A stretch of DNA of 64,000 bases from Octopus sinensis. Taxonomy: Eukaryota. The stretch is from positions 4,774,001-4,838,000 of the forward strand of contig NC_043021.1 of the NCBI RefSeq assembly GCF_006345805.1. Reading direction: 5' to 3'. Each line of letters begins with the position of its first letter. The first letter of the stretch is position 1. Shown here in pieces: positions 1-13,238 of the stretch. The notes under the pieces are model-generated. The model saw nothing but the letters and a program-made list of their open reading frames with translations, ran no database searches and was not told where the DNA came from. The position numbers and the translations under genes are program-made.

Positions 1-137
1 TTACATAATTCCTTCCATTATGTTTTACATAGCATTGTGAAATGTGTTCCTCAAGTCAGTGAGGTCAATTGACTTCCGAGAAGTAGCAACCAAATCTCTC
101 TCAAATCAAACTTTCTAACTTTGAGATAAAAGACATA

Positions 138-513
138 GTAAGTAGCTTGCTAACCAACCACATGGTTCCGGGTTCAGTCCCACTGCGTGGCATCTTGGGC
201 AAGTGTCTTCTGCTATAGCAGCCCCGGGCCGACCAATGCCTTGTGAGTGGATTTGGTAGACGGAAACTGAAAGAAGCCTGTCGTATATATGTGTATGTTT
301 GTGTGTCTGTGTTTGCCCCCACTAGCATTGCTTGACAACCGATGCTGGTGTGTTTATGTCCCCATCACTTAGCGGTTCGGCAAAAGAGACCGATAGAATA
401 AGTACTGGGCTTACAAAGAATAAGTCCCGGGGTCGAGTTGCTCGATTAAAGGCGGTGCTCCAGCATGGACGCAGTCAAAATGACTGAAACAAGTAAAAAG
501 AGAGAGAAAAAGA
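138..513 (+). mobile_element. tRNA-derived SINE family A (internal TA/TG microsatellite, gagtaa-type tail)
   Basis: B-box-like ggttcagtccc; full copies also show A-box tggctgtgtgg. Other copies: ~10781-11070(-), 12493-12898(-), 13115-13452(+), 27988-28403(+), 33952-34364(+), 43748-44115(+), 46432-46822(-), 59530-59934(-), 60228-60620(+). Confidence 0.85.
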
Positions 514-639
514 GATACAACAGGTTCACACTGTGGACATGTTATTTTCTCTATCAAATTAATACTTATTTATGTTTTCTATTTTTATTTTCATCTTCTC
601 TTATTCATTATTAATTAATTTATTAATTTGTTCTTGCAG

Positions 640-681
640 GATGTTCCTCTCAAAACCTGGCCTCTTCATGTGGTTAAAGGG
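640..681 (+). CDS. POLRMT: POLRMT window exon 1 ([14 protein letters not shown])
   Basis: ttcttgcag acceptor, gtaagt donor, phase 0/0; resembles human PWPLPVQME region. Confidence 0.85.
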
Positions 682-3600
682 GTAAGTAGTATACCTAAAC
701 AAAGGGTGACTTTGAAGAAAGTATGAATGTTATAACACCCTTCCTTTGTCTTTAACTCTAAGTGAATGAATTTGTGTTAATCAGTGGTTCTTAACAGAGG
801 TCCATATGACCCTAGGTGGTCCATTTAAAATTTTGTGGAGTTCACACTAGCAAAATAGTAAATTGGGGATCCACAGTAGTATTTTTGATAGAAGTATCTA
901 TAAAATTAGCTTTTAACCCTTTAGCATTTAAACTGGCCATATCTGGCCAAAAGTATTCTGCCTGTTTTATGTTCAAACTGGCCAGATCTGGTCTCTCACA
1001 CCAACCCTACAATATCATCTTAAAAATTAACAGCTACCTCATCAAAATCTCATAGCTACAAGATGATGCATGATTAGTTCAAAACAATGTGGATTAAAAA
1101 GCATTAATTTTGGCAGAATAATGTGAACACTAAAGGGTTAAACATCAAATGGCTATGGAGATCCACCAGAATAAAATGATAAACAAAGGGGTCTATAGAT
1201 AAAAAATGGTTGAGAACCTCTGGTGTAGACAAAGACTATGTGAAAGTTCACCAGACGGACTACCTGTTATTGGGGTGGTGAACTTAATCCATCACTTAAT
1301 TCAATTCACCTGTCTATTGGATGTACCTTTAGTAGAGCCCAGTCTGATGTTAGCATAGGGACCAAATCTTTGATTTGTTAATATCAAGATTTTCCCCTTC
1401 TTGGATCATTCTTGTAAATCCTGCAAAAATGTTATGGACACTGCATTTCTTCTGACTAAGACATAAAATAGCAAATAATAATAATAACGTGGCCGATGCC
1501 AACACCACCTTGACTGGCTTCCGTGCCGGTGGCACGTTAAAAGCACCAACCGATCGTGGCCACTGCCAGACTCCCCTGGCACCTGTGCCGGTGGCACGTA
1601 AAAAGCACCCACTACACTTGCGGAGTGGTTGGCGTTAGGAAGGGCATCTAGCTGTAGAAACACTGCCAGATCACACTGGAGCCTGGTGCAGCCTTCTGGC
1701 TTCCCAGATCCCCGGTTGAACCGTCCAACCCGTGCTAGCATGGAAAACGGACGTTAAACGATGATGATGATGATGATGAACAACAATAATAATATTGGCA
1801 GCAGTATCGAGAGTGAAAGGCAAGTATTTTTGACTGGTACTTTATTTAATAGACCTTAAAATTATAAAAAGCAAATTGGCCTTGGCATGGTTTGAACTCA
1901 TACATGGCAGTGGAAGTTTTGCTGCTGTGAGCTGTGAGTTTGCTTTTGTATCTACCATTTGTTCCATTTATGAAGTGTGTGGAAATGATTCGTTTATCAC
2001 TGATTCATACAGCACTGTTTTACAGACAAACTTATGTAAAAAACAAGGCTAGATGTATTATGGAAACCTCAATGATGTCTTGGTTTTCATAATTTTAAGG
2101 TCTATTAAATAAAGTACCAGTCAAAAATACTTGCCTTCCACTCGCTAAACTGCTGCCAATATTATTATTGTTGTTATTATTATTTGCTATTTTATGTCTG
2201 AGTCAGAAGAAGAAATGCAGTGTCCATAACATTTTTGCAGGATTTACCAGAATGATCCAAGAAGGGGGAAAATCTTGATATTAGCAAATCAAAGATCTGG
2301 TCCCTATGCTAACATCAGATTGGGCTCTACTAAAGGAACATCCAAGAGACAGGTGAACTGAATTAAATGATGGATTAAGTTCACCACCCCAATAACAGGT
2401 AGTCCGTCTGGTGAACTTTGGTATAGTCTTTGTCTACACCAGAGGTGCTCAACCATTTTTTTTATCTATAGACCCCTTTGTTTATCATTTTATTCTGGTG
2501 GATCTCCATAGCCATTTGATGTTTAACCCTTTAGTGTTTGCATTATTCTGCCAAAATTAATGCCTTTTCATCCAAATTGTTTTGAACTAATCATGCATCA
2601 TCTTGTAGCTATGAGATTTTGATGAGGTAGCTGTTAATTTTTAAAACGATATTGTAGGGTTGGTGTGAGAGACCAGATCTGGCCAGTTTGAACATAAAAT
2701 AGGCAGAATACTTTTGGCAGGATATGGCCAGTTTAAATGCTAAAGGGTTAAAAGCTAATTTTATAGATACTTCTTTCAAAATTTGTATTTTGCTATTCAC
2801 ACACTCACCTGTACAGGTTGAACTATGTAAAATGTTAGTTGTTTCTTGCAATACATACATAGAAATCAAAACTTTTCTCTCCTTTGTGATGTCAGCTCAT
2901 TTTTTAAATTTTGCCCTCGTTTGATGTTAGTTTTTGTCTTTCAGGTCGGAAGGATTCTGTTTGACATAATTCTATATGACTTACATATTGAGCTGAACCG
3001 AGACAAAGACAAAAGTAACAGGTATGTTCCACTTAGTTGTTGTTCTTGTATTTACTGTGGAAGCCACTTATTGTGATCACTCCAGGATAAAACCTTTTTA
3101 GTACAATAACCAACTAGCACCTTTAAATTAGGACCAATTAATTTTTATGACCAATAATTAGTTAATAACATTAACCCTTTAGTATTTAAACTGGCTAATC
3201 TGTTTTATGTTCAAACTGACCAGATCCAGGCTCTCACACCTACCCTACAATGTTATTCTACATTAAGTAATTACACCATCAAGCTCTTGAAGATATGAGA
3301 TAATGCATCATTAATTCAAATCAATGTGAATCAATAAGCATTATGTTTGATAGAATAATCTGAACACTCTGGCGTTAGGAAGGGCATCCAGCTGTAGAAA
3401 CACTGCCAGATCAGACTGGGCCTGGCGCAGCCTTCTGGCTTCCCAGACCCCAGATGAACCGTCCAACCCATGCTAGCATGGAAAACGGACATTAAACGAT
3501 GATGATGATGGTGATGATGACTAAAGGGTTAAACAGATAAAAAATGTTGAGACCAACAAATTTTAATAAGAATAACCAACTGATGACATTAAACAGATAG

Positions 3601-6600
3601 CAAGTTTGAGATCAACTAATTAACCTCATAATAACTGATTGATAATATCTATGATTGTCATAAACAGCTTTCATTGTATATGGAAATGTGTTGGTGGGTG
3701 ACATTCAATTCAATTCAATTTTTATTGGCTCAAAAAGCAAAAAGCAAGGCCATGTAGGGGGACAGGGAGTTATGCACAGGGAGGGTGGTCATACAAAGAG
3801 TTCAGGCCATTTCTGGTCAAGGAGACTTTGAACCGAGCGGTCGTCGGCATCTTCACTATCTCGTCCGGCAGCTTATTCCACGGATCTGCAACCCGGACAT
3901 AGTGTAGTGTAACTGATAAGATCCCAGTGAACAGTTTACAGACCTTTTTAATATGCCTCTATCTATCCATCTCTTTCTCTCTCTCATACACACACTCACG
4001 TATTGTTTGTATTTTTCCAGTCAAAAACATATCCCAGCCTTTTACACAGTTTATCGGAATTACAGCTTCATCACAAAGGAAGAAGTTAAGGTTTGTGGTT
4101 GTTTTGTTGATCCAAGTAATCTCTTATCCTCCAGGCTTATGGCAGACAATAGATATTTAGGGGTAAATAACTGGGTAATGTCTTTAGATTCATTATCCTA
4201 TATATACCTTGTATCTGCCCAGTTCAGGTCCATGCTATGCACCTGAACATGTCATGATTTACATATATGTATGTATATATATGTATATATATATATATAT
4301 CGATCAGCCCTGTAAGGGAGATAGATCTTAAATATCTATAACGATAACTAATGAATTATACAGAATATGCAAAAACGAGGCGAGGCTGAAATAGTAAACA
4401 GAGTGGCGACTAGGGGGCTCAGAATAATAATAATTAATAAATAATAATAATAAATAGAGATACGGATGAATTAAAGTTCAAACATTTCTTATCTTGGGAT
4501 CACTTCGTTTACGGACAGACTTGGCAAAAGGAATTCGGAATCAAGAATGAAGCAGGTTACTAGCTTAAGTATGCATAGCCATGGAGAGAAGTAGGAAGAG
4601 AGGAGTCCAGGCGGCGCGCCCGCCCTACCCACCCCCACCACCACCCCCACCACCACCCCCACCACCACCAATACCAATACCGGATATCTCTATTTTGCTC
4701 CAACTATACCGGATGTCGTTTCTCCCACCACCATTATAGGTGTCTACTCTTTGAACCCCCCTCTTCAATACGCTATTTCACCATGCATTACCCCTCTCTC
4801 GATATCCTACCTACGTTCTACTTGCCTAGAACCTGTCCTCTGAACCACCCCTCCCACTGGTGCTCCCCTATATTTCTGCACCCCCCCACCACCATTATAG
4901 GTGTCTACTCTTTGAACCCCCCTCTTCAATACGCTATTTCACCATGCATTACCCCTCTCTCGATATCCTACCTACGTTCTACTTGCCTAGAACCTGTCCT
5001 CAGAACCACCCCTCCCACTGGTGCTCCCCTATATTTCTGCACCCCCCCCACCACCATTATAGGTGTCTACTCTTTGAACCCCCCTCTTCAATACGCTATT
5101 TCACCTGCATTACCCCTCTCTCGATTTCCTACGTTCTACTTGCCTAGAACCTGTCCTCTGAACCACCCCTCCCACTGGTGCTCCCCTATATTTCTGCACC
5201 CCCCCCCCATAAAAAGCACCATCCGAACGTGGCCGATGCCAGACCCCTCTGGCACCTGTGCAGGTGGCACGTAAAAAACACCCACTACACTCGCGGAGTG
5301 GTTGGCGTTAGGAAGGGCATCCAGCTGTAGAAACACTGCCAGACTAGACTGGAGCCTGGGGCAGTCCCGAGCTCCCCAGACCCCGGTCGAAACCGTCCAA
5401 CCCGTGCTAGCGCGGAAAACGGACGTTAAGCGATGATGATGATGATGATATATATGTACTGCTCTCTCTCTCTTTATGTATATACTAGCACTATGACCCG
5501 GCGTTCGGGTCATAGTGCTAGTGCATGCATATACAGCTGCGTATGTGTACACATACATGCGATTACTGTCCAAATCTCCGACCAATCACATACAGCTAGC
5601 TGGCATTCAATTGGTGTATCAAGTTTCGGGCATTTTGATTGGGTTTTGGATAGAAAATTCACAAAAAAGTCACTTCTATTGATTTTGTAATGGCTTTGCG
5701 GGGTGACTGGGGAAATGTAAAGATGTGCACGACCACCCTTGGACGGTTTTGAATGACCATAGAAAGTGCGAGCCCCCTAACTGAAAAATTGTGGATTTGT
5801 ATAAAGGACACACACACACGCAGACATTTTGCCGTTTATATATATATAGAGATATAGATATACATCATCATCAGCGTCATCATTGTTGTTTTAATGTTCA
5901 CTTTTCCATGTTTGTATGGGTCAAACAATTTATCGTTTCTAAGCAAGGTAATATTTCTCCATAAACAGACATGTTTTGCAGAATATTGGAAATGAACGAC
6001 CATGCTTGTTTGACAGTGAGACCTATTTACGACCATCTTGTGATGTCAGAACAAGGAAACACACAAACCCATGCTCACACAAATAACACAAACACACACG
6101 CGGGTGTTTGGGCTAAATTTCTTATCTCCTCCTTTTCCATAATAATTCCTTATTTTAAACTCTATTTAACCATCTCACATCATCTCTGATGAATGGATAT
6201 CCATAATATCCCAGAAACAGGCGTAAGACTATATCTACATCTGTTTTCCTTATAAATGTCCTGGAAACTCCTCACAGCCTTGGCTTTGTTATCTCATTCT
6301 GTCTAATATATATACACACATGCACGTGTGTGAAGTTAGCTTCTTTTTGTTCCAACTACCAAATGCACTTGCAAGGCTTTGATCAGCCTGGGGCTATAAG
6401 TAGAAGACACTTACCCAGGGTGTCATGCCAAACTCATGTGGTAGGGAAGCAAACTTCTCAGCCACAGCTGTAGAAACCAAGGAATGGGGCCTGGTGCAGC
6501 TCCTTTCAAATCATTCAGTCTATGTCAGCTTGGAAAATGGATGTTAAAAGATGACAATGATGATGGTCATGATCACACACACTCTCTCTCTCTCACACAC

Positions 6601-9600
6601 CATCCACAATAGTCCTGGAGGTACTCGAAATATGAGGTAAAGTAGGATAAATGATTACCACCTGAGTAGTTAATCAAGTTACGTAGGAAGGTGATATTCT
6701 CGTGCCGGTGGCACGTAAAAAGCACCATCAGATTGTGGCCATTGCCAGCCTCGTCTGGCCCCTGTGCCGGTGGCACGTAAAAAGCACCCACTACACTCAC
6801 GGAGTGGTTGGCGTTAGGAAGGGCATCCAGCTGTAGAAACACTGCCAGATCAGACTGGAGCCTGGTGCAGCCTTGTGGTTTCCCAGACCCCAGTTGAACT
6901 GTCCAACCCATGTTAGCATGGAGAACGGACATTAAACGATGATGATGATGACTAGCATAGAAGTGTCATTGTAAATTTCTACAAAGGAAATTTAGTGGAA
7001 TCAAATTTTTGGATCTAGTTGTGAAGGTCATGGAGAGGGAGCCATACATAGCACAGTTGATTTCTAACAGAGTAAACCTAGAGGAGATGCATTTTGGTTC
7101 AATGGCAGAATCGTTAGCACACCGGGCGAAATGCGTAGCCGTATTTCGTCTGCTGCTACGTTCTGAGTTCAAATTCCGCCGAGGTCGACTTTGCCTTTCA
7201 TCCTTTCGGAGTCGATTAAATAAGTACCAGTTACGCACTGGGGTCGATATAATCGACTTAATCCGTTTGTCTGTCCTTGTTTGTCCTCTCTGTGTTTAGC
7301 CCCTTGAGGGTAGTAAAGAAATAGGTATAAGTACGTTCTGAGTTCAAATTCCGCCGAGGTCGACTTTGCCTTTCATCCTTTCAGGATCAATAAATTAAGG
7401 ACCAGTTACGCACTGGGGTCAATATAATCGGCTTAATCTGTTTGTCTGTCCTTGTTTGTCCTCTCTGTGTTTAGCCCCTTGTGGGTAGTAAAGAAATAGG
7501 TATAAGTACGTTCTGAGTTCAAATTCCGCCGAGGTCGACTTTGCCTTTCATCCTTTCAGGATCAATAAATTAAGGACCAGTTACGCACTGGGGTCAATAT
7601 AATCGGCTTAATCTGTTTGTCTGTCCTTGTTTGTCCTCTCTGTGTTTAGCCCCTTGTGGGTAGTAAAGAAATAGGTATAAGTACGTTCTGAGTTCAAATT
7701 CCGCCGAGGTCGACTTTGCCTTTCATCCTTTCGGAGTCGATTAAATAAGTACCAGTTACGCACTGGGGTCGATATAATCGACTTAATCCGTTTGTCTGTC
7801 CTTGTTTGTCCTCTCTGTGTTTAGCCCCTTGAGGGTAGTAAAGAAATAGGATAAGTACGTTCTGAGTTCAAATTCTGCCGAGGTCGACTTTGCCTTTCAT
7901 CCTTTCGGATCAATAAATAAGGACCAGTTACGCACTGGGGTCAATATAATCGGCTTAATCCGTTTGTCTGTCCTTGTTTGTCCTCTCTGTGTTTAGCCCC
8001 TTGTGGGTAGTAAAGAAATAGGTATAAGTACGTTCTGAGTTCAAATTCTGCCGAGGTCGACTTTGCCTTTCATCCTTTCAGGATCAATAAATTAAGGACC
8101 AGTTACGCACTGGGGTCAATATAATCGGCTTAATCCGTTTGTCTGTCCTTGTTTGTCCTCTCTGTGTTTAGCCCCTTGAGGGTAGCAAAGAAATAGGTAT
8201 AAGTACATTATTTTTCATCATTCAGCCTCATCCAAAAACAATGAAAATATTCCAAACGAACAACACATCAGAACTGGTGTTCGACACGGTAGCATTGCCA
8301 ATGCTTGTACCACCTGTCCCGTGGATATCAGAAAACCTAGGAACCAATCTGCTAGCCACTAGTGAGTATTTTCTTTAAGTTTTCATCTTCTGTTACCATT
8401 TATTTTTATTGTTGTTAAGGTGTTGAATTAGCAGAATTATTATTATTGTGTTGGACAAAATGCTTAGTAGCATTTCTTCCGATTCTTTACTTTCTGTGTT
8501 CAAACTCTGCTGAGGTTGATTTGGCTTTCATCCTTTCGGGATTGATAAAATAAGTACCAGTTAAGCACTGGGGTTGATGTAATTGGCTTAACTCTTCCCC
8601 ACCCTAAAGTTCCTGGTTTTGTGTCACAATTTGAAACTATTTATCTTTATTGTCTTTGTTTTAAATGGATTGGAAAAAGTATCTATCTATCTATCTATCT
8701 ATCTGCTCAGTCGAAGTCGACTCTCGGTTACTCGATGGATCAGTGTCCTCCAGTCAGTTCTATCCTGGGCCGCTTCTTTCAGATTGGCTATGTCCATTCC
8801 GGTATCACTCTTGATGGTGTCAAGCCAGCGGGTTCTTGGTCGGCCTCTTCCTCTCTTGCCACTGACCATTCCAAGCATGATGTCCTTCTCCAGGGATTTT
8901 ATCCGCATAATATGACCAAAATATGCCAATCTATGCTTGGTGATCCTAGCTTCTAGCGACATTTTCGGCCTGATCTGCTTAAGAACTTCTCCATTTAGCA
9001 TTGGATTAAATACCAAGTGGCATTTCAATTATACCTTTACTACATTCTGAGTTGAAATTCTGCTCGTTTTTAATTACCTTTCATCCTTCCATAGACATAA
9101 GTGTATGTGTGAGTTTGTATGCATGGAATGAATGCATCTTTAAAAATCAAACCTCCTTCACTTCATCCATTCTCCTACATATTTTCAAATCAGAAGAAAA
9201 GAGAGCTTTCCTGGGCTCTCATTTTTGTCTTGTTGCTAAATAGTGATTATTTGTGTGACAAGAGTTTTAGTCATAGGGATGATCTCTCTCCCTCTCTGCC
9301 GTTTACTTTTATCAACTCTATCCACTGTATTTTCAACCCTTCTATGTCATCTATTCCACAGCTAAACTGGTCCGCCTGGCAGATTCCATGCATTCTCAGA
9401 ATAAACTCAGCCAAGTCACCCATAGTTCTTCTGAAGAACTGTCAGCTGTCTTTGATGGTTTAAATATTCTCAGTGCTTGTCCTTGGACCATTAATAAACC
9501 TGTAAGTTTGTGTGTATATTACATATCTATATATATTTGTGTGCATTTACCTATATGTGCCTGTTCTGTGTATGTATATGAGTGTGTGTGTGTATGTATG

Positions 9601-10989
9601 CCTGGAGTTTTGTCTATATATATCTCTGTGTGTGTGTATATATGCCTGTACATGAGAGAAGGAGAGTGTATTTGTGTGTGTGTGACTTCCGTATCCGTGG
9701 CACGTAAAAGGGCACCATTCGAGCGTGATCGTTACCAACGTCGCTTCACTGGCATGTGTAAAAAGATTTGAGTGAGGTCATTGCCAGTACCGCCTGACTG
9801 GCACCCATGCCAGTGGCACGTAAAAAGCACCCACTATACTCTCGGAGTGGTTGGCGTTAGGAAGGGCATCTGGCTGTAGAAACTCTGCCAGATCAAGATT
9901 GGAGCCTGGTGCAGCCATCTGGTTCGCCAGCCCTCAGTCAAAATCGTCCAACCCATGCTAGCATGGAAAGTGGACGTTAAACGATGATGATATATATATA
10001 TATAGAGAGAGAAAGAGAGTGTATGTGTGTGCACACATGTATACTGTACACATTCTCATAGATGTGTTTTACTGTCAGTAATCTTGTTTCTCTACTTCCT
10101 CCTACTTCAGATTCTGGACTTAATTATTAAAATATTCAACAACAAAGGTAACAAAAACCTAGATATTCCACCGCCATCCTCAGAGTGTCCACCATATCCT
10201 AAAATAACAAGGTAAATTAATTCTTTTTTTCTTTTTTTTGAAGTATGTATTTTTTTAAATAGACCTTTTAGATTCTATCCTTGCTTAAATTCTTGACACT
10301 GTGTCATTTCTGTCTGTCTGTCTGTCTTTCGTTTTGTGTTCTTAGTAATAATGTAGAATATGTGGTTTATTAAAAATCTGTCGTGGAAGCGTCATCCAAC
10401 CAAAATGCAAATATATGGGAAACTACCACCTGTATCATCTCTTGTTAAAGGTAGAAGAGTCCAGTTTGCTGGACATTGTTGTAGAGCTGAAAACGAGGTA
10501 ATATCTACTCTTTTCCTCTGGAAGCCATCTGCTCGTGATACCCAAGGGTGCACATTCTCTTACCCTGATGTAATCTCCAGGGATACTGGCATCCAGCAAC
10601 AGGACCTCCGTAATGCTATGACGGACCGTGAAGTCTGGCGTAACATAGTAAATTCCATTGTCTCAACCACGGTCGAACAATGATGAATTATTGAAAATTT
10701 TTTTCTCGTGCTTTGCATTTCACACAAGATCTGCTATAACTTGCTACATCTGTTCTTTTATGTTGGTGTAGCTTCATTATCTCTTTCTCTTTCTCACTTG
10801 TTTCAGTCATTTGACTGCGGCCATGCTGGAGCACCGCCTTTAGTCGAGCAACTCGACCCCGGGACTTATTCTTTGTAAGCCCAGTACTTATTCTATCAGT
10901 CTCTTTTGCCGAACCTCTAAGTAACGGGGACATAAACACACCAGCATCGGTTGTCAAGCAATGCTAGGGAGACAAACACAGACACACAA

Positions 10990-11020
<31 letters not shown>

Positions 11021-13172
11021 CATATATACGACAGGCTTCTTTCAGTTTCCGTCTACCAAATCCACTCACATGGTCGCAGTCAAATGACTGAAACAAGTAA
11101 AAGAGTAAAGAGTAAACTAGCACTATGACCCAGCAACGCCGGGTCATGGTGCTTGTGCATGCATATACAGCTGCATGCGTGCACACATACACGCGAGTAC
11201 TGTCCAAATCTCTGACCAACCACATACAGCTAGCTGGCATTCAATTGGTGTATCATGTTTCGGGAATTTTGATTGGATTTTGGATTAAAAATTCACAAAA
11301 AAGTCACTTCTATTGATTTTTTAATGGCTTTTAGGGGTGACTGGAGAAATGTAAAGATGTGCACGACCACCCTTGGACTGTTTTGAATGACCATAGAAAG
11401 TGCAAGCCTTCTAACTGAAAAATTGTGGATTTGTATAAAGGACACACACACAGACAGACATTTTGCCATTTATATATATTGAGAGATATATGTGTTGTTT
11501 GTTTTTTGTTATAGTGATATGACAGTTCAGCAACGGTCACAAGCTCAGAGGTTGCGTATAAAACTGAAGCAACAGAGTGCTGAGATGTACAGTTTGTGGT
11601 GTAATGAGCTTTATAAACTCTCCATTGCCAACCATGTAAGTTTTTTTTTAGCTATATTTGTCTTCTGTCTTACTTACTTGTCATTTGCTATTTCGTCTGT
11701 CGTTACGTTCTGAGTTCAAATTCCGCCAAGGTCGACTTTGCCTTTCACCCTTTCGGGGTCAATAAATAAAGTACCAGTTTCCCACTAGGGTCGATGTAAT
11801 CGACTTAATCCCTTTGTCTGTCCTTGTTTGTCCCCTCTATGCTTAGCCGCCGAGATTGACTTTGCCTTTCATCCTTTCAGGGTCGATAAATAAAGTACCA
11901 GTTTCGCACTGGGGTCGACGTAATCGACTTAATCCCTTTGTCTGTCCTTGTTTGTCCCCTCTATGTTTAGCCCCTTGTGGGTAATAAAGAAATAGAAATA
12001 GGTATTTCATCTGTCGTTACGTTCTGAGTTCAAATTCTGCCGAGGTCGACTTTGCCTTTCATCCTTTTGGGGTCGATAAATAAAGTACCAGTTTCCCACT
12101 AGGGTCGATGTAATCGACTTAATCCCTTCGTCTGTCCTTGTTTGTCCTCTCTATGTTTAGGCCCTTGTGAAGATACTGCTTCTATTTTATTTAATGGATT
12201 TTAAAAAATAAGGTCGTTTATGCCTTTTCAGTTCCGAGATGAAGTGTTCTGGTTTCCTCACAGTATTGACTTCCGAGGACGAACATATCCTTGCCCTCCT
12301 CATCTTAACCATTTAGGTAAGTACAGACTCCTCATTCTTATGCTTATACTCTATACCAAAGGTTCTCAGCCCATTTTGGCCAAAAGGATCTATTCCATCT
12401 CAGTCACAGATTTTTAAAAATTAATTCTTTTTAACTAAACAGTTTGAAACTTAGAAAACTGGTAGAATTTCTCATGTAGAACCTGATTTACTTACTCTTT
12501 CTCTATTACTCTTTTACTTGTTTCAGTCATTTGACTGCGGCCATGCTGGAGCACCGCCTTTAGTCGAGCAAATCGACCCCGGGACTTATTCTTTGTAAGC
12601 CCAGTACTTATTCTATCGGTCTCTTTTGGCGAACCGCTAAGTGACGGGGATGTAAACACACCAGCATCGGTTGTCAAGCAATGCTAGGGGGACAAACACA
12701 GACACACAAACACACCCACGCATACATATATATATATACATATATACGACAGGCTTCTTTCAGTTTCCGTCTACCAAATCCACTCACAAGGCATTGGTCG
12801 GCCCGGGGCTATAGCAGAAGACACTTGCCCAAGATGCCATGCAGTAGGACTGAACCCACAACCATGTGGTTGGTTAGCAAGCTACTTATCACACAGCCCA
12901 AAATTTTACATTTTAGAAATTGTTTTGCGTTAAAGTTGTTGTATTTGGGTGATTTCAACCAATTAACGATGTGTATTTGGTTGAAGAAAGCTTCTGCTGT
13001 TTGTGATAGGAATTGAAGAGGAACAACTTCTGGGTCGTCTCTGCTAAATGTCACCACTCTGTTTGAAGAATCAAACATATATATAATGTATATTACATTA
13101 TATATATGTTTATGTGGGCCGACCAAAGCCTTGTGAGTGGATTTGGTAGACGGAAACTGAAAGAAGCCCGTC

Positions 13173-13238
<66 letters not shown>

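Larger units (their letters stand above)
882..2782. repeat. Inverted duplication (arms ~882-1874 including an insert, and ~2081-2782)
   Basis: Direct reverse-complement comparison; e.g. 3 differences in block 1261-1320. Confidence 0.93.

Noticed and set aside
4783-5274. 163-aa Pro-rich ORF
   Set aside because: Product of the 161-bp tandem repeat; frame shifts between units and no splice context.
7100-8205. Regular repeat array resembling CRISPR
   Set aside because: Units are ~174-bp near-identical SINE bodies with no unique spacers, no cas genes, and a eukaryotic intron context.
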